Notes under the pieces: generated by a model
What the model was told of the DNA's origin: nothing
Databases searched by the model: none
The model's input: only the letters and a program-made list of their open reading frames with translations
From: Pristiophorus japonicus
Lineage: Eukaryota
Reading direction: 5' to 3'
DNA length: 64,000 nucleotides
Assembly (NCBI RefSeq): GCF_044704955.1
Contig: NC_091995.1
Coordinates: 16,182,001-16,246,000 of the forward strand
Shown here: one piece after another, positions 49,877 to 61,696 of the stretch
How the letters are laid out: every line of letters starts with the position of its first letter
How positions within the stretch are numbered: position 1 is the stretch's first letter
Program-made: the position numbers and the translations under genes

Positions 49877-50215
49877 CAGGTGGGACGGATACCACGGTCT
49901 ACCAGTTACCTCCCTTTATAACTGCAACAGAAGGGGAGTCGGTGAAACTGAACTGTGCCGTGGCTACTGCAGGAAACCTATCTTCGATGGGCTCAGCTCA
50001 GTGGACACGGGGTGAACCAAATGGGTACAAACTGGATAATAGTCCATTTTATGGAGACCGGCTGGAGAAATCGGACAAAGATTCATTTTTCAACAACAGA
50101 GTATTTATTATTATCTCCAACTTGATTGAGAAAGACTCAGACACCTATTACTGCTGGATAAACTTAATGCGAGAAGGGCAGAGTTGCGGAAATGGCACCA
50201 AATTGGAAGTGACGC
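49877..50215 (+). CDS. Complete V-set (V-J joined) Ig exon, NKp30/CD28-family-like, copy 2
   Basis: tttcag|cag| phase 1 acceptors; VYQLP..ATEGESVKLNC..W..RL..IIISNLIEKDSDTYYC..GNGTKLEVT; C|gtaagt. Confidence 0.93.
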
Positions 50216-52191
50216 GTAAGTTGCAACTTATTGGTTGATAAAGCATGTGTTTTCATTTTCTATTCAAACAGAGCAGGATGAGTTTTGGTCCAATTTTCCG
50301 GACTTGTGATAGGCTGGCTGACCCCAGCAATCTGGGCGCCGATTAGTGTCAGCTATGGCTCAGTGGTAGCACCCTCGCTTGTGAGCCAGACGTCATGGGT
50401 TAAAGTCCCACTCCAAGGACTTGAGCGCAAAAATCTAGGCTGACGCTCCAGTGCGGTGCTGCGCTGTCGGACGTGCCGTCATTCGGATGAGACGTTTGCC
50501 CTCTCAGGTGGGTGCAAAAGATCGAATGGCTCTATTTGGAAGAAGAGTTAATCCCCGGTGTCCTGGGGTCAATATTTATCCCTCAATCAACATAACTAAA
50601 AACAGATTACTTGGCCATTATCACATTGCTATTTGTGGGAGCTTGCTGTGCGCAAATTGGTTCCAAGTTTCCCAGTTTACAAAAATGACTACACTCCAAA
50701 ATAGTACTTCATTGGCTGCAAAATGCCTTGGGACGTCTCGTGGTCGCTAAATAAATTCAAGTCTTTCTTTCTTTCACGGGGATGGGAATACAATCTCAAG
50801 TCGCTCCTCTTTGCCATACTCAAATCTTTTTTCTCCTGGAAGGTGCTTGTATGTTTGTGAGTATCAGAGGATAAAATTGGAAGCAAAACGGGTGGATTAG
50901 CATTGGCTGGCTATTATACCACACACCAGATATTCTGTTCTATTGAAGAATGATTCCTGGGATGGGGGGTTGTCCTATGAGGTGAAATTGAGGAGACTAG
51001 GCCTATCTTCTCTAGAGCTTAGAAGAATGAGAGGTGATCTCATTGAAACATACAACATTCTCACAGGGCTTGACCGGATTGATGCAAGGAGGATGTTACT
51101 TCTGGCTGGGGAATCCGGAACCAGCGGTCACAGCCTCAGAATAAGTGGTCGACCATTTAGGACTGAGATGAGGAGAAATTTATTCACTCAGAGGGTGGTG
51201 AATCTTTGGAATTCTCTACCACAGAAAGCTGTGGAAGCTCCGTTGTTGAGTACATTTAAGAAAGAGATCAATAGATGTTTTGGATATTAAGCGAATCAAG
51301 GGATATGGGGATAATGCAGGAAAGTGGAGTTGAGGTAGAAGATTTGTCGTGATCTTATTGAATGGTGGAGCAGGCTTGAGGGGCCTAATGGCCGAATCCT
51401 GCTCCTACCTCTTATCTTCTTATGTCCTTATGAAATAAATATCATCTGAACCTGTAACGGGCTCCCAATACTGCTTGTGTTGCCAACCTGCTCATGCCCA
51501 AGGTGCCTACTTTGATTTAATTTGTTTCTGGGATGTGGGCATCACTGGCATGGCCGACATTTATTACCCATCCATAATTGCCCTTGAACAGGTGGTGGTG
51601 AGCCGCCTTCTTGAACCGCTGCAGTCTGCGTGGCAAATGTACTCCCCCACAGTGCTGTTAGGGAGGGAGTTCCAAGATTTTGACCCAGCGCCGATGAAGG
51701 AAAGGCCGATATATTTTCAAGTCAGGATGGTGTGTGTGACTTGGAGGTGATCTTGGAGGTGGTGGTGTCCCCATGCGTCTGCTGCCCTTGTCCTTCGAGG
51801 CGGCAGAGGTCGTGGGTTTGGGAAGTGCTGCTGAAGAAGCTTGGCAGAGCAGGATTGTGATGCTTTTTAGAGTCAAATAGCCAAACTCACCTTCTGGGCT
51901 TAACTTTGAATAATCGCCATTAAATTGATATCTTGGGCGCTCCAAGTGAAGAAAAAATCCATGAAGATTCCATGTAATGAGAACATGGGACAAAATCAAT
52001 AAAGGTTGAGGAAAGCGTCTTGACATTTTCTTTATTATTGTTGATGCACCAACAGTAGCACAATAGAAGAGCAAATTTTCTGTTTCCATTGTAATACAAT
52101 CATGTTATTTGTTTTAAGGCAAACAAAACCATTTTCCCTCAGCGTCTTCCTATTTAGATATAAAAATATTGACTTCAACTCCTTATTTCAG

Positions 52192-52311
52192 GCAGAAAGC
52201 AGGAAAAAAAGAAAGGAGATATTATCCTGACACTTGTACTGGGAGGTGTGCTGGTATTGCTGGGGATAACCATCATGATTCTTACAATTCGACTGATCAG
52301 GCAAAACAAAG
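52192..52311 (+). CDS. Stalk + TM exon, copy 2
   Basis: Same as 2197-2316. Confidence 0.88.
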
Positions 52312-52689
52312 GTCTGTATCTTTACAAAACACACTGGTAACCTGTTTAAATATTACACTTTCACTATAGTGCAGGGGAATTACTCTGGCCACTGTAAATA
52401 ACAATATAGCAAATGCTTTTGTGGAGCAAGTCAGCATTTCTACTGCAATCGGAATCACATTATTATGAACAACTATTTTAGGGCACCCATAGGATTTCAC
52501 CAGAAATAATAATAGGAGAAAATGTCCATACTCCATTATGATATCGGTGCACATAGCATCCAGAATACCTTCCCTTCCTATCTATGCATTTGTGTGTCAA
52601 AGGTCAATTTTACGAAACTTTAATAAGGAATAGCATTATAAAGTCATTATCCTACAACAATAATATTAATTTTGTTCTTTTCCTTTCAG

Positions 52690-52708
52690 TTATCCTGAGG
52701 CTGAAAAG
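52690..52708 (+). CDS. 19-nt micro-exon, copy 2
   Basis: Same as 2695-2713; one A/T difference in the upstream pyrimidine tract. Confidence 0.6.
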
Positions 52709-52799
52709 GTACAGGAAAAGTTAAATCCTAAAGAATTAATGATTATTCATAATATAATGTACTTAATTTTAAATTCAAATATCATCTCACTTATTACAG

Positions 52800-52828
52800 A
52801 AATCGCAGTGAAGCCAATGCAACATATG
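52800..52828 (+). CDS. 29-nt micro-exon, copy 2
   Basis: Same as 2805-2833. Confidence 0.7.
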
Positions 52829-54663
52829 GTAAGGAAAATTTAATTGCATTCACATGACGTAATTTACATTGATCAATACAAAAACACATTTGCAGATTAT
52901 TTTAATCAAAATCATTTCATTTCCAATCAGGTTCTACTGATATGTGTGTGTGCGTATGCGTGTATCTGTATATGTATGTGCATATGTTTGTATGTGTCTG
53001 AGGAAAAGAGTGTTTGAAGACCAGGCCCTCAAAACTGTCATCAAGCTCATGGTCTACAGGCCATAGTAATACCCGCCCTCTTGTATGGCTCAGAGACGTG
53101 ACCATGTACAGCAGACACCTCAAGTCGCTGGAAAAATACCCCAAAGATGTCTCCGCAAGATCCGACAAATCCCCTGGGAGGACAGATGCAGCAACATTAG
53201 CGCCCTCATCCACACCAACATCCCCAGCATTGAAGCACTGACCAAACTTGAAGGAGGAACTGATGGAAATCCTTATTAGTCGGGAAATTGAGTTGGGGAA
53301 ATTGATGCGATTGAAGGCTGATAAATCGCCAGGGCCTGATGGACTGCATCCCAGAGTACTTAAGGAGGTGGCCTTGGAAATAGCGGATGCACTGACAGTC
53401 ATTTTCCAACATTCCATTGACTCTGGATCAGTTCCTATCGAGTGGAGGGTAGCCAATGTAACCCCACTTTTTAAAAAAGGAGGGTGAGAGAAAACAGAGA
53501 ATTATAGACTGGTCAGCCTGACATCGGTAGTGGGTAAAATGATGGAATCAATTAGTAAGGATGTCATAGCAGCGCATTTGGAAAGAGGTGACATGACAGG
53601 TCCAAGTCAGCATGGATTTGTGAAAGGGAAATCATGCTTGACAAATCTTCTGGAATTTTTTGAGGATGTTTCCAGTAAAGTGGACAAGGGGGAACCAGTT
53701 GATGTGGTGTATTTGGACTTTCAGAAAGCTTTCGACAAGGTCCCACACAAGAGATTAATGTGCAAAGTTAAAGCACATGGGATTGGGGGTAGTGTGCTGG
53801 CGTGGATTGAGAACTGGTTGGCAGACAGGAAGCAAAGAGTAGGAGTAAATGGGTACTTTTCAGAATGGCAGGCAGTGACTAGTGGTGTACCGCAAGGTTC
53901 TGTGCTGGGGCCTCAGCTATTTACATTGTACATTAATGATTTAGACGAAGGGATTAAATGTAGTATCTCCAAATTTGCGGATGACACTAAGTTGGGTGGC
54001 AGTGTGAGCTGCGAGAAGGATGCTATGAGGCTACTGAGTGACTTGGATAGGTTAGGTGAGTGGGCAACTGCATGGCAGATGAAGTATAATGTGGATAAAT
54101 GTAAGGTTATCCACTTTGGTGGTAAAAACAGAGAGACAGACTATTATCTGAATGGTGACAGATTAGGAAAAGGGGAGGTGCAACGAGACCTGGGTGTCAT
54201 GGTACATCAGTCATTGAAGGTTGGCATGCAGGTACAGCAGGCGGTTAAGAAAGCAAATGGCATGTTGGCCTTCATAGCGAGGGGATTTGAGTACAGGGGC
54301 AGGGAGGTGTTACTACAGTTGTACAGGGCCTTGGTGAGGCCACACCTGGAGTATTGTGTACAATTTTGGTCTCCTAACTTGACATTCTTGCTATTGAGGG
54401 AGTGCAGCGAAGGTTCACCAGACTGATTCCCAGGATGGCGGGACTGACATATCAAGAAAGACTGGGTCAACTGGGCTTGTGTTCACTGGAGTTCAGAAAA
54501 ATGAGAGGGGATCTCATAGAAACATATAAAATTCTGACGGGTTTAGACAGGTTAGATGCAGGAAGAATGTTCCCAATGTTGAGGAAGTCCAGAACCAGGG
54601 GTCACAGTCTAAGGATAAGGGGTAAGCCATTTAGGACCGAGATGAGGAGAAACTTCTTCACCC

Positions 54664-57600
54664 GGGGAGGAGTTAAACTAATGTGGTAGGGGGATGGGAA
54701 CCAATGCAGGGAGACAGAGGGAAACAAAAAGGAGACAAAAGCAAAAGACAGAAAGGAGATGAGTAAAAGTGGAGGGCAGAGAAACCCAAGGCAAAAAACA
54801 AAAAGGGCCACTGAATGTAAAGGGGCTGCAGGAGGGGTCAAAACTAAAAATCATGGATTAAAAACTAGTATTAAAACACTCTACCTAAACGCACGCAGCA
54901 TTCGAAATAAAGTAAATGAGTTGACGGCACAAATCATTACAAATGGGTATGATTTGGTGGCCATTACAGAAACGTGGTTGCAGGGTGGCCAAGACTGGGA
55001 ATTAAACATACAGGGGTATCTGACGATTCAGAAAGATAGACAAGAAGGGAAAGGAGGTGGGATAGCTCTGTTAATAAAGGATGATATCAGGGCAGTTGTG
55101 AGAGACGATATTGGCTCTAATGAACAAAATGTTGAATCATTGTGGGTGGAGATTAGAGATAGTAAGGGGAAAAAGTCACTGGTGGGCGTAGTTTATAGGC
55201 CCCCAAATAATAACTTCATGGTGGGGCGGGCAATAATCAAGGAAATAATGGAGGCATGTGAAAAAGGAACGGCAGTAATCATGGGGGATTTTAACCTACA
55301 TATCGATTGGTCTGATCAAATCGCACGAGGTAGCCTGGAGGAGGAATTCATAGAATGCATACGGGATTGTTTCTTACAACAGTATGTTACAGAACCTACA
55401 AGGGAGCAAGCTATCTTAGATCTGGTCCTGTGTAATGTGGCAGGAATAATAAACGATCTCCTAGTAAAAGATCCTCTCGGAATGAATCATCACAGTATGG
55501 TTGAATTTGTAATACAGATTGAGGGTGATGAAATAGTGTCTGAAACGAGCATACTATGCTTAAACAAAGGGGACTACAGTAGGATGAGGGCAGAGTTGGC
55601 TAAAGTAGACTGGAAACACAAACTAAACGGTGGCACAATTGAGGAACAGTGGAGGACTTTTAAGGAGCTCTTTCATAGTGCTCAACAAAAATATATTCCA
55701 ATGAAAAAGAAGGGTGGTAAGAGAAGGGATAACCAGCCGTGGATAACCAGGGAAATTAAGGAGAGTATCAAATTAAAAACCAATGCGTATAAGGTGGCCA
55801 AGGTTAGTGGGAAAATAGAAGATTGGGAAAATTTTAAACGACAGCAAAGAATGAATAAGAAAGCAATAAAGAAAGGAAAGATAGATTACGAAGGTAAACT
55901 TGCGCAAAACATAAAAACGGATAGTAAAAGCTTTTACAGATATATAAAACGGAAAAGAGTGACTAAAGTAAATGTTGGTCCCTTAGAAGATGAGAAGAGG
56001 GATTTAATAATGGGAAATGTGGAAATGGCTGAGACCTTAAACAATTATTTTGCTTTGGTCTTCACAGTGGAAGACACAGAAACCATGCCAGAAATTGCTG
56101 GTCACAGGAATGTGGGAAGGGAGGACCTGGAGACAATGACTATCACTAGGGGGTTAGTGCTGGATTGGCTAATGGGACTCAAGGTAGACAAGTCCCCTGG
56201 TCCTGATGAAATGCATCCCAGGGTATTAAAAGAGATGGCAGAAGTTATAGCAGATGCATTCGTTATAATCTACCAAAATTCTCTGGACTCTGGGGAGGTA
56301 CCAGCGGATTGGAAAGCAGCTAATGCAACGCCTCTGTTTAAAAAAGGGGGCAGACAAAAGGCAGGTAACTATAGGCCGGTTAGTTTAACATCTGTAGTGG
56401 GGAAAATGCTTGAAACTATCATTAAGGAAGAAATAGCGAGACATCGAAATAGGAATAGTGAAATCAAGCAGACGCAGCATGGATTCATGAAGGGGAAATC
56501 ATATTTAACTAATTTACTGGAATTCTTTGAGGATATAACGAGCATGGTGGATAGAGGTGTACCGATGGATGTGGTGTATTTAGATTTTCAAAAGGCATTC
56601 GATAAGGTGCCATACAAAAGGTTACTGCAGAAGATAAAGGTACGCGGGGTCAGTGGAAATGTATTAGCATGGATAGAGAATTGGCTGGCTAACAGAAAGC
56701 AGAGTCGGGATCAATGGGTCCTTTTCAGGTTGGAAATTGGTGGTTAGTGGTGTGCCACAGGGATCGGTGCTGGGACCACAACTGTTTACAATATACATAG
56801 ATGACCTGGAAGAGGGGACAGAGTGTAGTGTAACAAAATTTGCAGATGACACAAAGATTAGTGGGAAAGCGGGTTGTGTAGAGGACACAGAGAGGCTGCA
56901 AAGAGATTTAGATAGGTTTAGAGAATGGGCTAAGGTTTGGCAGATGGAATACAATGTTGGAAAGTGTGAGGTCATCCACCTTGGGAAAAAATACAAAAAA
57001 AGGGAATACTATTTGAATGGGGAGAAATTACAACATTTCTGCGGCGCAGAGGGACCTGGGGGTCCTTGTGCATGAATCCCAAAAAGTTAGCTTGCAGGTG
57101 CAGCAGGTAATCAGGAAGGTGAATGGAATGTTGGCCTTCATTGCGAGAGGGATGGAGTACAAAAGCAGGGAGGTCCTTCTGCAACTGTATAGGGTATTGG
57201 TGAGACCGCACCTGGAGTACTGCGTGCAGTTTTGGTCACCTTACTTAAGGAAGGACATGCTGGCTTTGGAGGGGGTACAGAGACAATTCACTAGGTTGAT
57301 TCCGGAGATGAGGGGGTTACCTTATGATGATAGATTGAGTAGACTGGGTCTTTACTCGTTGGAGTTCAGAAGGATGAGGGGTGATCTTATAGAAACATTT
57401 AAAATAATGAAAGGGATAGACAAGATAGAGGCAGACAGGTTGTTTCCACTGGTCGGGGAGACTAGAATTAGGGGGCACAGCCTCAAAATACGGGGGAGCC
57501 AATTTAAAACCGAGTTGAGAAGTAATTTCTTCTCCCAGAGGGTTGTGAATCTGTGGAATTCTCTGCCCAAGGAAGCAGTTGAGGCTAGCTCATTGAATGT

Positions 57601-57767
57601 ATTCAAGTCACAGATCGATAGATTTTTAACTAATAAGGGAATTAAGGGTTATGGGGAGCGGGCGGGTAAGTGGAGCTGAGTCGACGGCCAGATCAGCCAT
57701 GATCTTGTTGAATGGCGGAGCAGGCTCGAGGGGCTAGATGGCCTACTCCTGTTCCTATTCTTATGTT
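54664..57767 (+). mobile_element. Nested CR1 with near-complete ORF2, copy 2
   Basis: ORF 54759-56747; shares the frameshift of copy 1 and has an extra one near 57035. Confidence 0.95.
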
Positions 57768-58432
57768 CAGAGAGTGGTGAATATGTGGAATTCTCTACCA
57801 CAGAAAGTTGTTGAGGCCAATTCACTCAATATATTCAAAAAGGAGTTAGATGTAGTCTGTACTACTAGGGGGATCAAGGGGTATGGCGAGAAAGCAGGAA
57901 TGGGGTACTGAAATTGCTTTTTCAGCCATGAACTCATTGAATGGCGGTGCAGGCTCGAAGGGCCGAAGGGCCGATTCCTGCACCTATTTTCTATGTTTCT
58001 AATATGTATGTATGTATGTTTTGCATTTGTGTGTAAGTGCGTATGTCTGTATGTGTGTTTATGTATATGTGTATGCACGTGTGTGTTTATATATATGTGT
58101 GTGTATGTGCATATGTGTGTGTTTATGAGTGTGTATGTGTACTTATGTATATGTGGATGTGCGTGTGTGTACATGCGTATGTGTGTGTATGTTTTATGTA
58201 TGTGTATATAAGTATGTGTGTGTATTTATGAATATGTGTGATTATGTTTATGTATGTGTATGCGTGTGTGTATGTGTGTATGCATGTGTATTTACATACA
58301 TGTGTATGCGTGTGTGTGTATGTGGTTTGTGTATGTGTGTTTATGTATGTGTGTATGCGTGTGTGTGTGTGTGTGTTGCATTGTGTAATTCTGAGATATT
58401 CTCTATCATCGTCTCTCCTCTCATTTTCACAG

Positions 58433-58458
58433 ATCCAGCCAATCTACAGCCAACACAA
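58433..58458 (+). CDS. 26-nt micro-exon, copy 2
   Basis: Same as 8437-8462. Confidence 0.72.
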
Positions 58459-58621
58459 GTAAGAACTATCGGATGATGAAATGTTTTCTGTGTTCAATGA
58501 CAGCTGGTCCTGGTGTACAATAAGGCTCCTGTAATTGGCCAAACACTTAACTCTGTTCTCTATATACTTTCAATATCCTATATGTGCTTGTGAAGGATTT
58601 CCCCTGTTATGTATGTTTTAG

Positions 58622-58658
58622 GGATGTGCTTATACTTGGCAGTAAAATGAAACCAGAG
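58622..58658 (+). CDS. Candidate 37-nt micro-exon, copy 2
   Basis: Same as 8626-8662, including the TAA. Confidence 0.45.
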
Positions 58659-58787
58659 GTAATGACAATCAAAAGTAGTGTTTAAGGGGACGCAGTGCAC
58701 CAGCATTATTCAACTCCAGCCCCGACTGATGGGCTGAAAGGTTCCTCTTTCCGTTGATTGCAACCGGTCATATCTTCCCAATGGACA

Positions 58788-59007
58788 TTTTTTTTTTTTT
58801 TTTTTTAATTCGTAGCCAATCGTTCCAATTCTTTGTCAAATCACAAACGCCAGAGGTCACCTTGCACATGCCAAGGATCACTCTGCGCCAATGCTCTTAG
58901 CCAAAAGCCCTAGAGCCACTGCACCGTTCCTGGAAGTACTGCAATACCAGGTTCGTGCCATGGAGGTGGATGGGTCAGGTCCCCCACACACCTCCGTGGA
59001 GGTGGAT
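58788..59007 (-). mobile_element. U2-derived retroposon, copy 2
   Basis: TSD CCAATGGACA at 58778-58787 and 59008-59017. Confidence 0.8.
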
Positions 59008-61655
59008 CCAATGGACATTGAACCACAGCACCAAATCTACCCCAAAAAAGGACAATTGGCATTAAATTGGGGACGCGTTTATTTGTACTGCCAAAGTGGC
59101 CAGCATGCTCCACCCTTTGTGTCTGATTGGTCCCCTTGGAGGATAAGCCACACCCTGATGTTTCACAGGAATGTGTAACTGGAACCGCCCATCCCAAGGT
59201 CTCGTTGACTTTGCAAATTGTAACTCGATCTACTTTGACTTCCTGAGCGACAGAGGACAGAGCTCCCCAGAAGACAGCAAGGGCCAACCAAAGTGCCTTA
59301 CCCCAGTCCAAATGCATGGCTGGCCCAGCCAAATTGCCTTACCCCAGTCTAAATGTATGCCTCTGCCAGCCAAAGTGCCTTACCCAAGTCCAAATGCATG
59401 CCTTCCCCAGCCAAACTCCTGTACCCAGTCCAAGTGCATGCCTGCCTCAGCCAAAAGTGCCTTCCTATGCCTCCCCCCCACCCCCCATCATAGATATCAT
59501 AGATGTGGAAGGCATTGTGTACGGATTGTTAACAGGTTTATTGGATATGAAAGGAATGGTGTCCACTCCAACTATGTCCCTTTTAGGGGATTGGAAGAAC
59601 ATGATCCATCTTTGACAAGTTCCCTCTCTCCCATCCGATTCCTCCCCCCCCCCACCCACATCTCTCACTCTCCCCCCAGCCTCACTCTCCCCGCCCCACC
59701 CCTCAGACTCTCTCTCTCTCCCCCCAGCCCAGGCTCTCTCTTTCTCTCTCCCCCCACCCCAGGCTCTCTCTCCCCCTGCCCACCCCAGCCTCTCTCTCCC
59801 CGCCCCAACCCCCAAGCTCTCTCTGTCCCCCACCGCCCGCCCCCCCAGCCTCTCTCTCCCCACCCCACCCCCCCCCCAAGCTCTCTCTCTCCCCCACCGA
59901 CGCCCCCAGCCTCTCTCTCCCCACCCCACCTCTCAGGCTCTCTCTCTCTCACCCCCGCCTCTCTCACTCTCTCCCAAGCCCGCCCCCCCAGCCTCTCTCA
60001 CTCTTCCACCACCCCCCCCCCAGCCTCTCTCTCCCCACCCCACCCCCCAGACACTCTCTCTCTCCCCCCACCCTTGGCTCGCTCTGTCTCTAACCCCCCC
60101 CTCACCCGATGCTCTCTCTCTCTCGCCCCCTCCCAACCCAGGCTCACTCTCTCTCCCTCTCTCTCTGCCCCCCCCCACCCCAGGCTCGCTCACTCTCCCC
60201 CCACCCCAGGCTCTTCCCCCCCTCCCCCCCCCCTCCACAAGTTCTCTCTCTCCCCCCACCCTAGACTCCCTCTCTCTCCCTCCCCGCAATCTCTCTCTCT
60301 CTCCTCCCCCCCCCGCAATCTCTCTCACTCTCTCTTCCCCACCAATCTCGCTCTCCCCCCCCCAATCTCGCTCGCCTCTCCCCCCCAGGCTCCCTCTTCC
60401 TCTCCCAAATCTCTCTCTCTTCCTCCCCCCAATCGCTCTTTCTCTCCCTCCCCAATCTCTCGCTCTCCCTCCCCAATCTCTCTCTCTCTCTCTCCCTCCC
60501 CACAATGTTGCTCTCTCTCTCCCTCCCCCAATCTGTCTCTCTCCCTTCCTCCCCCCAATCTCTCTTTCTCCCTCCCTCCCCCCAATCTCTCTCTTCCTCC
60601 CCCCAATCTCTCTCTTCCTCCCCCCAATCTCTCTCTCCCTCCCCAATTTCTCTCTCCCTCCCCCAATCTCTCTCTCTCTCCCTCCCCCCAATCTCTCTTT
60701 CTCCCTCCCTCCCCCAATCTCTCTCTCTCTCTCCCTCCCCACAATCTCTCTCTCCCTCCATCCAATCTCTCTCTCCCTCCCTCCCCCCAATCTCTCTCTC
60801 TTCCTCCCCCCCAATCTCTCTTTCCCTCTCTCCCCAATCTCTCTCTCCCTCCCCACAATGTCGCTCTGTCTCCCTCCCCCCAATCTCGCTCGCGCGCTCT
60901 CTCTTTCCCTCCCCCAATCTCTCTCCCTCCCCCAATCTCTCTCTCTCCCTCCCTCCCCCCAATCTCTCTCTTCCTCCCCCCAATCTCTCTCTCCCTCCCC
61001 CTCCCCACAATCTCTCTCTCCCTCCATCCAATCTCTCTCTCTCTCCCTCCCCCCCAAATCTCTCTCTCTCTCTCTCTCCCTCCCCACAATCTCTCTCTCC
61101 CTCCATCCAATCTCTCTCTCTCTCCCCCTCCTCCCAATCTCTCTCTCTCTTTCTCCCCGTCCCCCCGCCGCCGCCGCTCTCCCCCTTCCGCCGCTTAGGA
61201 CTCGCGGCTCAGCGGGAGGCTCGGTCGGCGCTCGATCGAAGGAGCAGGCTCGCAGAGGAGCAGCAGCTCGGTCAGCTCGTGGAGCAACAACGTGGTCGAA
61301 CTGATCGCAGGATCCCACTGCCGGTTCGGGGCCCCACTGCTCTCCCCGCCCCAGCTTCTCTCTCTCCACCCTCACTCCCCCATCCTCTCTCCCGCCATCA
61401 GCCCCCTGCTGCCATCAGGCCCAGGCCGGCCGGGGGCGAAAGGAGGGAGAGACAGTCGGAGCCTCAGGTCCTGTTTCTCTGCACCACGCGAATGGAATGA
61501 CTCGGGCCGGGGGGAGAGCTTGACAGGGGGCGGGGCTTGTCATCTGTCGGTCAAAAAAGTGCAGTACGGGCACTGGTGGGATCAGGGCTGGACAGATCTG
61601 TCAAAAAAAGTGCATTCAAATAATTAGTCCCTTCAATTGGTCATCTCAATTTCAG

Positions 61656-61696
61656 CGTTTATAAGCTGTGAAAGTGGAAATGTTCAGACTCGGAGT
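61656..61696 (+). CDS. Candidate 41-nt micro-exon, copy 2
   Basis: Same as 11553-11593. The ITIM exon of copy 2 would lie about 0.4 kb past the window end. Confidence 0.42.

Noticed and set aside
49877-50260. Rearranging Ig/TCR V gene segment
   Set aside because: The J-like motif is already in the exon, I saw no heptamer-spacer-nonamer, and V splices directly to a TM exon with no C domain.
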